A stretch of 64,000 nt of DNA. It comes from Candidatus Thorarchaeota archaeon (lineage in GTDB: Archaea; Asgardarchaeota; Thorarchaeia; Thorarchaeales; Thorarchaeaceae). The notes under the pieces were generated by a model. It saw only the letters and a list, made by a program, of their open reading frames with translations, was not told the origin of the DNA and ran no database searches. Every line of letters starts with the position of its first letter. Position 1 is the first letter of the stretch. Location of the stretch: positions 1 through 64,000 of the forward strand of contig JAOUFI010000004.1 of NCBI GenBank assembly GCA_029858305.1. Direction: 5' to 3'. Made by a program: the position numbers and the translations under genes. This document shows, one piece after another, positions 19,615 to 28,357 of the stretch.

Positions 19615-22600
19615 TCAGTTTTGACTCGTAACAGGATCCTCACGGAGCACGGTCTCCAAGACATCGATAAATCTGTCAGCATTCTCAATCGTGAAGATCA
19701 GAGGGGGCTTGATTTTGAGAACATTGTTTAGAGGACCATCAAGACTGATCAGGACACCAAAATCCTTCATTCGCTCAACAATATACTTAGTTTCCTCTGC
19801 AGCTGGTTCAAGGATGACAGAATCTCTAACCATTTCAACGCCGATGAAGAGACCAATGCCACGGACATCACCGATTATTGGATGATTCTCTTTTAGTGCA
19901 TTGAGCCGCTTCAATAGGTAGTTCCCAACAACTAATGCATTCTCTTGCAGTTTCAAACTCTCAATAACATCTAGGACGGCCATGCCGACAGCACATGAAA
20001 CGGTATTTCCCCCTGTTGTACTAAAGAATTCCATACCTGTATTAAAAGACTGAGCAATCTCTGGGGTTGTCACTACTGCGCCAATGGGATGTCCATTTCC
20101 AATTGGCTTCCCCATGGTGACAATATCGGGTACCACTCTCTGAGTTTCGAATCCCCAGAAGTGACTTCCCATCCTACCAAAGCCAGTCTGCACTTCATCT
20201 GCAATACAGACGCCACCAGCTTCCCGTACGTACTTGTATGATTCCTCCAGATAGCCCTCTGGAAATACTATTTGTCCACCACATCCCATCAGAGGCTCAC
20301 TGATGAAGGCGGCAAGCCCTCGGCCTTCTTTTACAATACTCTCTATTGTTTCAGATACAATGTGAGCGTATTTTTGCCCTGCACCAATGCCGCTGTATTG
20401 GCCTCGATAGACATCGGGCATCCTGACAACATGCACATGGGAAGGAGCTCCCTCACCACCTGGGCCAGCATGTTTGTATGAACTGATGTCGATCAGTCCA
20501 GATGTGTTTCCATGGTAGGCACCATCAATGGCAATGATGTCTCTCTGTCTAGTGTGAGTTTTTGCAAGGCGTAAGGCTAACTCGTTTGCCTCGCTACCGC
20601 TATTCACAAAAAAGCAGACACTAAGGGGATTCGGAAGTGTTGAACACAGTCGTTCTGCATATTTCACAAGTGCTTCATGGAGATATCTCGTGTTTGTATT
20701 CAGAACGAATGCTTGTCTTGCCAATGCCTCAACTATCACAGGATTACTATGACCCACCTGAGGAACATTGTTGCGAATATCGAGATACTCCCTGCCATCT
20801 TCATCATAAAGATACTGCATATAGCCTCGAACAATTGTCAGGGGTTTCTTGTAGGAAACACTCAGAGACCTACCAATATGCGTGTGGCGAAGGGTCAGTA
20901 TCTCTTCTTTTGAGAGGCTGGGACGTGGAAAGAGAGAGTCAGGAATTTGAAGAATAAGATTAGAATCGGGACAGATACTCAACCAGATGTTTCTCTTGCT
21001 GGGTGGAGCAACCCCAAAGAAATCGCCCTCTTTATCTAGCATATCCACAATCAATTGGAAATGAAGATGAGGTGGCCAACCACCATTATCAGGATATTCA
21101 CCTACAGTGGCAATCTGCTCCCCTTTCCTCACAGTCTTGCCAACAGAGAGACCATTGAGAGATTCTCTTGAGAGATGACTATAGAGAACATAGAAGGGAG
21201 GAGTGTTCGGAGATGTTTCATACTCTACAACAATCGTCGGTCCATTATCCAGTGGTTTTGCAGTATCCTGAAAGCTATGGATTTTGCCATCATAGATTGA
21301 GAAGACAGGTGTTCCGTTTTCAACAAAAATATCTGTAGCAAGATGGACAGTACGCTTTTCATTATCAAAGGTCAGGTATTGTTCTCCTTGGTAGATTAAA
21401 CGAGGCTCATTATATCGCCCAATTCCAATTCGAACACCTTCCGCCTTGAGCCTTTTTGATACAAGTTCCCCAAAGGCTCGATGGTCTGAAAGATGAAAAG
21501 GCGATTGCACATCGAGACTACCAACACTAAGGTCAATCACCGTGCAATTATTCGTATCAAGTGAAACTCCAATAGGACTTCCGAGATTCATTGCATTGTT
21601 CTTCAGCCATTGAATGACCGGCGAAGCAAGAGGACAAGGCTCCAGACCAGCCGCAGATCGAAAACAGTATTCTGCATAGCGAGGATGAATTTCTTTTAAG
21701 AGATGAAGTGCAGCCCATGCCTGCTTTTGACTGATGCTAAGATATTCATTCTCAGGCTCAAGACTTTGTTGATAGGCTGCGATTGATACACTCATTGCGA
21801 GGCGAGTACAGATTAGGGGAAAAAGGAGTTCCAGTTCTAATTCCGTGAGGGGAAATACCGAATGAAATCCAGCAATAATCTGTTGAGCAACATTAATCGG
21901 ATTTGGTTTATCGAGAATTGCATATGTTATACCAATTGCTAGTTCATTGATTGTCTGAGAGAACACCATGTCTCCGAAATCTAGAAGACCAAACGATCTG
22001 GATGCAACATGTGGATGATTTACTAGCACATTGTAATCATTGGCATCATTATGGATAACACTCGATCTAAGCTTGTCACGTTTGGGAAGTACCATTCTTT
22101 CGTAGAGATTCAGGAAGTAATCAACAAGGGATTTCTTGGATTCAATATTAATCAACACAGAGTACTTTTGAATAACTTGAGATGCCTGATTTAGATCCCA
22201 ATAGAATTCTCTATGAGCACCAGGATGATCGAATCCAGAGAGATTATGGGTTAGGATGCCAAGAAACTTGCCATAATCAGCTAGTAGATCTGGCAAATGA
22301 GGATTGACCTTAGCTAGAACCTTCCCTGGGAGGTATGTTACTAACCTGATGTAATGAGACATTCCAGAACTTGACTTTATTCTTTCCATTTCTCTTCCAT
22401 AAACTGATTTCTTTATCACTGGTGTGTTGAAGCGTTCTTTTGAGAGATACTCCAAAACACAATTTTGAAAAATCAAGGTAGCTTCTTTTTCGGTCGTAGC
22501 AGCAATTTTCAGAACGAATTGTTCTCCATTATCAGCCATGAGATGAAAGTTCTGATCCCTTTCACTAGGAAGTTCTCTAAGGCCACCACTTAAATTAAAA

Positions 22601-22668
22601 AATTTCTTGCAAATCTCCTTAACTTCAGAAGAGCTGAAAGTAGGCCGTTTTGAACCGCGAACCTCCAT
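19615..22668 (-). CDS. Phosphotransferase + M23-like + class III aminotransferase fusion (hydroxylysine kinase/phospho-lyase-like)
   Basis: IHNDANDYN and LDFGD kinase motifs; HLATD/PHLHFQ M23-like segment; DEVQTGFGR and MGKP class III PLP motifs. Confidence 0.88.
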   Translation of the reverse strand: MEVRGSKRPTFSSSEVKEICKKFFNLSGGLRELPSERDQNFHLMADNGEQFVLKIAATTEKEATLIFQNCVLEYLSKERFNTPVIKKSVYGREMERIKSSSGMSHYIRLVTYLPGKVLAKVNPHLPDLLADYGKFLGILTHNLSGFDHPGAHREFYWDLNQASQVIQKYSVLINIESKKSLVDYFLNLYERMVLPKRDKLRSSVIHNDANDYNVLVNHPHVASRSFGLLDFGDMVFSQTINELAIGITYAILDKPNPINVAQQIIAGFHSVFPLTELELELLFPLICTRLAMSVSIAAYQQSLEPENEYLSISQKQAWAALHLLKEIHPRYAEYCFRSAAGLEPCPLASPVIQWLKNNAMNLGSPIGVSLDTNNCTVIDLSVGSLDVQSPFHLSDHRAFGELVSKRLKAEGVRIGIGRYNEPRLIYQGEQYLTFDNEKRTVHLATDIFVENGTPVFSIYDGKIHSFQDTAKPLDNGPTIVVEYETSPNTPPFYVLYSHLSRESLNGLSVGKTVRKGEQIATVGEYPDNGGWPPHLHFQLIVDMLDKEGDFFGVAPPSKRNIWLSICPDSNLILQIPDSLFPRPSLSKEEILTLRHTHIGRSLSVSYKKPLTIVRGYMQYLYDEDGREYLDIRNNVPQVGHSNPVIVEALARQAFVLNTNTRYLHEALVKYAERLCSTLPNPLSVCFFVNSGSEANELALRLAKTHTRQRDIIAIDGAYHGNTSGLIDISSYKHAGPGGEGAPSHVHVVRMPDVYRGQYSGIGAGQKYAHIVSETIESIVKEGRGLAAFISEPLMGCGGQIVFPEGYLEESYKYVREAGGVCIADEVQTGFGRMGSHFWGFETQRVVPDIVTMGKPIGNGHPIGAVVTTPEIAQSFNTGMEFFSTTGGNTVSCAVGMAVLDVIESLKLQENALVVGNYLLKRLNALKENHPIIGDVRGIGLFIGVEMVRDSVILEPAAEETKYIVERMKDFGVLISLDGPLNNVLKIKPPLIFTIENADRFIDVLETVLREDPVTSQN

Positions 22669-22761
22669 CAGTAATTCACGACACTACTCAGGCATACAGA
22701 GGATATAAGCGGAGTGGAATATTTGCCTGGCAGTTTTGGTATTCCAAGTGTCATAAAGGTA

Positions 22762-23250
22762 CTAGATTGAATTTGACAAATTGCGAAGCTCGAGAGAATC
22801 AAGATATGTATCCATGACAAACATTGTCATTGTTTTATCCACAGCAGGCAACTCTCGAAGAAAGTCAACTATGAAGTGATTCATCTCCTCGATGTTCTTT
22901 GTACGTACCTTTAGTAAAACATCATATTCGCCACTTAATACATGGACGCTCTGAACAAGGGGATGCCCGGCTATCTCCTGACAGAATTCTCGTTGCGAAA
23001 GTACTGTCTTACGTCCAGGAATGCGATAACGTACAGTAACAAGAATGAATGCTAGAGTTTCACGATCAAGCTGTTCCGGAGACAGAACAACTGTGTATCC
23101 TTTGATGATGTTAGCCTTCTGGAGCGCCTGAATTCTGTCATGAACTGTCGATATTCCCTTTCCCACATCCTGCGCAATTTTCGCAATACTACGCTTACTA
23201 TCCTTTTGCAGAATTGCCAATATCTCAAGATCTGTCTTATCCATTACCAA
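22762..23250 (-). CDS. Lrp/AsnC family transcriptional regulator
   Basis: MDKTDLEILAILQKD HTH, IIKGY, SGEYD effector domain. Confidence 0.93.
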   Translation of the reverse strand: MVMDKTDLEILAILQKDSKRSIAKIAQDVGKGISTVHDRIQALQKANIIKGYTVVLSPEQLDRETLAFILVTVRYRIPGRKTVLSQREFCQEIAGHPLVQSVHVLSGEYDVLLKVRTKNIEEMNHFIVDFLRELPAVDKTMTMFVMDTYLDSLELRNLSNSI

Positions 23251-23296
23251 ATTCGCCTCCAGGTACTTCCAGAAAATTCTGTATCATTACAGTCGA

Positions 23297-23317
23297 ATAC
23301 CGAAATTTATTCGGTAT
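23297..23317. promoter_or_regulatory. Palindrome, candidate Lrp operator
   Basis: ATACCGAA-ATTTA-TTCGGTAT with AT-rich centre, lying between the divergent lrp and glnA-like genes. Confidence 0.5.
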
Positions 23318-23532
23318 AGTCGATATATTTTCCGAATAAATTGAAATACTTTCCCATTTTAGCAGATAAATCATATAACCAATTTGGGCTCATAGAATAG
23401 TGAGAGAAAGTCATTGTTTCATAATTAGAAAAAAATGGAAACAATCCTCGTTTCAGCACCCCAAGGGTCAACACGGGAAGCAATGAATTCTCTCAGTTAT
23501 TATTCACTCACTCCGAATAGAGGTATCCATTG

Positions 23533-24834
23533 ATGGCTCCAGAAGAAAGAGACCCCGAATTCATCAGACTACTATTCACCGACCTGCTGGGATGTACAAG
23601 AAGCATCGAAGTGGGGTATGATAGACTTGAGGAAGTCATGGAATCTGGAATTGTTATTGATGGTTCTTCAATTCCGGGTTATTCTTCAATCAATGATAGC
23701 GATGCGCTCATTCTCCCAACTCGCGCCACCCCAATCACTCAACCTTGGGACAAATCAGCAGCGTTCATGTTATGTGGAGTACATGATGTTTCAGGTTCAC
23801 CTCACCCAAGAGATCCTCGCAACATCCTCAAGCAAATTGTCGCATTTGCATCAGAGCAAGGATTCAAGCTCTTGGTTGGAAGTGAGCTTGAGTTCTTTAC
23901 TATCACAAGAAGTACTGATAATAATGTAAAACCATGCGATCATGGAGGATATTTCTCATCAATCCCACTCGACTCTTCACTTGAATTAAGACGGGAGATC
24001 ATTCGAGCATTGAACGCAATAGGGATACCAACCACATCACATCATCACGAAGTTGCACAAGGGCAGCAAGAGATAGGCTTGCGGTACTTGCCAGCAGAAA
24101 CCGCCGCAGATAACATTATGATGGCACGACTCATCATCTCAGAAATCGCATATAGAAGAGGTTTGATTGCCACGTTCATGCCCAAACCATTTGTCAATCA
24201 AAATGGATCGGGAATGCATTTGCATCAGAGTGTCTGGAGCGTGAACGAATCAAAGAACCTGTTTGCTGGTGAGAGATGTGGAGAAATCTCCACCCTTGCG
24301 ACTAATTACATTGGAGGACTTCTCGAGCATGCAACCACTCTTGCAGCAGTCTTGGCTCCGACTGTGAACTCGTATAAGAGATTGGTACCCGGGTTTGAAG
24401 CTCCAACAGCCATAGCATGGGGATATCGGAATCGGAGTACGATGATTCGTGTCCCTCATTTCAATGGCTCCCATGATGCGGCGAGGATCGAACTTCGATG
24501 CCCTGATGCATCATCTTCACCACATCTTGGGATTGCTGCAATGCTTAGTGCAGGACTTGACGGAATTCAACGAAAGATTGAACCTCCCCTCCCATCAGAT
24601 AGTAATCTGTATGAATCGAAGAAATCTATCAAGTGTTTACCAGTTTCATTACAAAGCGCGATATCATATTTAGAAAAAAGTAGGATGTTGAGGGACAGAT
24701 TAGGTAACTCTACAATTGATTTCCTTGTTGCCAAACGAAGGCAAGAGTGGACAGATTATGTTCAATCAACTGAAGATCCTGGGAGCTCTGAAATAACATC
24801 TTGGGAGATTGAGAAGTATCTGCTAGCCAACTAA
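23533..24834 (+). CDS. glnA: Glutamine synthetase family protein (GS type I or gamma-glutamyl-amine ligase)
   Basis: DGSSI, ELEFF, HHEV, FMPKP, NGSGMHLHQS, NSYKRLVPGFEAP, NRS, RIELR. Confidence 0.8.
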   Translation: MAPEERDPEFIRLLFTDLLGCTRSIEVGYDRLEEVMESGIVIDGSSIPGYSSINDSDALILPTRATPITQPWDKSAAFMLCGVHDVSGSPHPRDPRNILKQIVAFASEQGFKLLVGSELEFFTITRSTDNNVKPCDHGGYFSSIPLDSSLELRREIIRALNAIGIPTTSHHHEVAQGQQEIGLRYLPAETAADNIMMARLIISEIAYRRGLIATFMPKPFVNQNGSGMHLHQSVWSVNESKNLFAGERCGEISTLATNYIGGLLEHATTLAAVLAPTVNSYKRLVPGFEAPTAIAWGYRNRSTMIRVPHFNGSHDAARIELRCPDASSSPHLGIAAMLSAGLDGIQRKIEPPLPSDSNLYESKKSIKCLPVSLQSAISYLEKSRMLRDRLGNSTIDFLVAKRRQEWTDYVQSTEDPGSSEITSWEIEKYLLAN

Positions 24835-24909
24835 TAATAGGTAAAGAACTATCAGCCAAAAGACTTCTAACTCCCTTTCAGCATACCGCAGTCTGTGGAG
24901 GTTTGCCTT

Positions 24910-25332
24910 TTGGTAGCCTTTGAGAATAAAGAACAACTTATGGAAATCTTCAACAAATTCTGGATTGAAGCAAGAAAAGAAACTGAAGTGATGGACAAAC
25001 TGGCAAAGTCGCAGGTTGTTGTCAGGTTTGATATAGAGGACCCTGAAGTACACATGACAATCAACTTTAGAAACCCTGGTCCAAATGGTGAGATAGGAAC
25101 TCTCACTTTTGATAGTGATGTGGAACCAGAGATAACAGTCTGGTCAAAATCCGAAACAACTAACAAGTTCTGGCAGAACAAATTGAGCACAACTGTTGCA
25201 ATGGCTCGAGGTCAGGTCAAGTTGGAGGGATCCGTGTCAAAGGCACTTGGGCTCCTATCCAAAATCAAACCATTATACAACATCTATCCTGAAATCCTAA
25301 AAGAAATGGGATTAGAAAATATGATACTTTAG
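24910..25332 (+). CDS. SCP2 sterol/lipid-binding domain protein
   Basis: FWQNKL...AMARGQVKLEGSVSKAL SCP2 signature; GGAGG before the TTG start. Confidence 0.85.
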   Translation: MVAFENKEQLMEIFNKFWIEARKETEVMDKLAKSQVVVRFDIEDPEVHMTINFRNPGPNGEIGTLTFDSDVEPEITVWSKSETTNKFWQNKLSTTVAMARGQVKLEGSVSKALGLLSKIKPLYNIYPEILKEMGLENMIL

Positions 25333-25357
25333 CTTATGTAAGCTGGTGGCGTTCAAC

Positions 25358-26320
25358 ATGGTCATTTGTCCACACAGAGTGGATAGTATTGAAATCATCA
25401 CTCTAGTGGACAATGTCATCGAGATTTTAAGCAGCAAGTCACATGATAATTTTGTTCCCGTTCGTCAATGGGTAACAGCAAAGGACGCATCACCAAACTA
25501 TCTCTTTGGTGGCCATGGATTCTCCACTCTGATTAGAACCAAACACCGAGAGAAAATATACTCGGTTCTGTATGACACTGGGCCTTCAGGAGATATTCTC
25601 ATCCACAATGTAGTGTCGCTAGGCTTGGATACCAGTTCAATTGGCACAATTGTGATTAGTCATGGGCACTGGGATCACATGGGTGGACTTCTTTCAATTC
25701 TCGCTAGAATAGGACATCCTAAGACTCCTGTATATCTGCATCCGCGAATGCTTGTTAAACGTCGAATCGCTTCAAAAACACAACAGGGAGAACACATCAG
25801 AGAACTACCATATGTGTGCACTGCCAATGATATCACTGAAGCAGGTGGAAATCCTATTCTAACCACAGAGCCAACTTTGATTGCAGGGAACACTATTCTA
25901 AGGTCAGGAGAAATACCAAGACTGACGGAGTACGAGAAAGGATTTCCGAATCACCAAGCACTCATTGATAATGAATGGAGAAACGATTCAGAGATAATCG
26001 ATGACAATTGTCTGATCTTGAGGACCAAGGAAGGATTGATCATAATAACTGGCTGTGCTCACTCAGGAATAGTAAATTCCATCTACGAAGCAATTAGATT
26101 GACCGGAGTGAATAAAGTGCATGCTATAATTGGTGGTTTTCACCTTGGAGGAAAGCAAAACATTCCCCGCATCGAACACACAATTAGAGATTTGCAAGCT
26201 ATCTCTCCATCCATGATTGTTCCATGCCATTGCACAAGTACTCCAGCTCAACACCTGATAGCTAGCGCTTTCTCAAGAGCATATGTAACAAGTAGCGTTG
26301 GAAATATGTACAAATTTTAG
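25358..26320 (+). CDS. MBL-fold metallo-hydrolase
   Basis: SHGHWDHMGG, GCAHSG, GGFHL, PCHCT. Confidence 0.9.
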   Translation: MVICPHRVDSIEIITLVDNVIEILSSKSHDNFVPVRQWVTAKDASPNYLFGGHGFSTLIRTKHREKIYSVLYDTGPSGDILIHNVVSLGLDTSSIGTIVISHGHWDHMGGLLSILARIGHPKTPVYLHPRMLVKRRIASKTQQGEHIRELPYVCTANDITEAGGNPILTTEPTLIAGNTILRSGEIPRLTEYEKGFPNHQALIDNEWRNDSEIIDDNCLILRTKEGLIIITGCAHSGIVNSIYEAIRLTGVNKVHAIIGGFHLGGKQNIPRIEHTIRDLQAISPSMIVPCHCTSTPAQHLIASAFSRAYVTSSVGNMYKF

Positions 26321-26345
26321 TATAAGGCAGACTTGTGCCAGTGTA

Positions 26346-26978
26346 CTACTCCTCAAGAAGACTCCTGATTTTTCTTACACCTTCAATAGCATCTGCCCCA
26401 TAGGCATCTGCACCGAGCTCCTTCGCGAGATTCTCACTAAGAGGTGCGCCTCCGACGATAAGCTTGATGCTATCACGGAGACCTGCTTCTTTCAGAGCCT
26501 GATTGACATTGGAGATCTCTCTCATTGTTGTTGTAAGCAAGGCACTTAGTGCTACAACTCTGGCTTTATGCTCTCTCACGGATTGAACAATTGTATCAGC
26601 GGAACAGTCGGTTCCCAAATCGATGACCTCGAACCCTCCAGACAGAAGCATCGTGATGAGAATATTCTTGCCAATATCGTGTGTATCACCCTGCACCGTT
26701 GCAGTGATGATAGCACTCGACTCGCTCGCATCACCCACTTTCAGATATGGTTTGAGCACCTTGAAGGCTTCCTTCATGGTCTCACCAGCTAGAACAAGCT
26801 CAGGGAGGAAGTATTCGTTCTCTTCATACAATCTGCCAACTTCGTTCATGCCGCGCGTCAATGCCTCCAAAATCTCTTGGGGCTCCGCCCCATTGCTGAG
26901 CTTTTCCTCAACTCGGTCAGCAATATCATCCACTTCTAGATTAATGAGCATCTGTGAGAGATCTTCGTGGTGCATCAT
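26346..26978 (-). CDS. Corrinoid (cobalamin-binding) protein, MtbC/MttC-like
   Basis: GMNEVGRLYE...FLPEL cap domain, GDTHDIGKN, SALLTTT, VGGAP. Confidence 0.92.
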   Translation of the reverse strand: MMHHEDLSQMLINLEVDDIADRVEEKLSNGAEPQEILEALTRGMNEVGRLYEENEYFLPELVLAGETMKEAFKVLKPYLKVGDASESSAIITATVQGDTHDIGKNILITMLLSGGFEVIDLGTDCSADTIVQSVREHKARVVALSALLTTTMREISNVNQALKEAGLRDSIKLIVGGAPLSENLAKELGADAYGADAIEGVRKIRSLLEE

Positions 26979-27188
26979 GTAAATCAACAATTAATTGAGA
27001 AAACAGGGTAATATCCTTTATTCAAGAGGAATGAAAAGAATTCAAGCTTCGTGTATGGAATAGACGGAAATGACATTCCTAGGGCATCTAGGACAAACAC
27101 ACACAGAAGGTAAAGTATATTAGCACATTTTTTCCATCTCTAATTGTTAACCATAGTTATTCTTAATAATAGTTAATGGTGAATTACA

Positions 27189-27398
27189 ATGTCGCATGCA
27201 GTAAACAAGAACATGAGTATTGCTGAAGTCGTTATGAAATGGCCTGAGACTGCTGGAGCCTTTATGGAAGCAGGTCTTCATTGCTATGGTTGCGCTGCAG
27301 CAAGATTTGAAACAATTGAGCAGGGAGCTCTAGCCCACGGCATAGATCCAGATAAGCTGATTGAAGCCATCAACGAGATTGTTGAAGAGAAGGCATAA
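27189..27398 (+). CDS. DUF1858-domain small protein
   Basis: GLHCYGCAAARFETIEQGALAHGID. Confidence 0.85.
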   Translation: MSHAVNKNMSIAEVVMKWPETAGAFMEAGLHCYGCAAARFETIEQGALAHGIDPDKLIEAINEIVEEKA

Positions 27399-27418
27399 AC
27401 TGCTCACGAGTGAGCCCT

Positions 27419-28270
27419 CTAGGGAGAGGGCTTATTTCTTCCATAGAGTCTACCAGTTTCTTCTTCTGACATCTCAAAGCTGTGTTCAGCGTCGGGGAAT
27501 GTACCATTTCTTATATCGTCGGCATATTCCTTGACTGCGTTTCTAATCACTTCTCTAACATTGGCATATCGTTTTACAAATTTTGGTTTAAAATCCTCAA
27601 ACAAGCCAAGCATGTCCCAGAGTACAAGAACCTGACCATCACAGTGAGGTCCAGCGCCTATACCGATTGTAGGGATCTTGACTGCTTCCGTGATCAATTT
27701 TGCTGTTTCAGTCGGAACCAACTCAATGACAAGTGAAAAGGCACCAGCATCTTCGAGACTCTTTGCTTGTTCAACAAGAACCTCCGCCATATCTGCAGTC
27801 CGACCTTGGACACGATACCCACCGACTTGGAAGATGGATTGTGGCGTAAGACCAATGTGTCCCATAACAGGAATTCCTGCATCCACAACCGAACGTACTA
27901 TCTCAGTGACTCGTCCAGCACCCTCAATCTTCACAGCCTCAGCTCCGCCCTCTTGAAGCATACGGGCACAATTCTCCAAAGCCTGCTGCTCACTGACTTT
28001 ATAGGACATGAATGGCATGTCACCAATGATTAGAGAGTTTGGATGGGCTCTAGCGACTGCTGCACAATGATGAATGACATCATTCAGTGTAACGGGAATT
28101 GTGCTCTCATACCCGAGTAGCGAGTTGCCAACAGAGTCGCCAACGAGTATCATGTCAATCCCACATTCACTAAGGATAGACGCGGTAGGAGCATCATAGG
28201 CAGTAAGCATAACTATCCTCTTACTCTTCTCCTTCATCAGTCGTATCTTATGAGTTGTCATCCTTGTCAA
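27419..28270 (-). CDS. panB: 3-methyl-2-oxobutanoate hydroxymethyltransferase
   Basis: MLTAYD, LVGDS, DMPF, AVKIEG, GHIGLTPQ, GIGAGP..DGQVLV. Confidence 0.96.
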   Translation of the reverse strand: MTRMTTHKIRLMKEKSKRIVMLTAYDAPTASILSECGIDMILVGDSVGNSLLGYESTIPVTLNDVIHHCAAVARAHPNSLIIGDMPFMSYKVSEQQALENCARMLQEGGAEAVKIEGAGRVTEIVRSVVDAGIPVMGHIGLTPQSIFQVGGYRVQGRTADMAEVLVEQAKSLEDAGAFSLVIELVPTETAKLITEAVKIPTIGIGAGPHCDGQVLVLWDMLGLFEDFKPKFVKRYANVREVIRNAVKEYADDIRNGTFPDAEHSFEMSEEETGRLYGRNKPSP

Positions 28271-28357
28271 GGGTCAGCCTCCGATAATGCTTGCTCACAT
28301 TGGTTATTTATATAGTTCCTATACTAGACACATATTGTATATACATTATACATGGGA

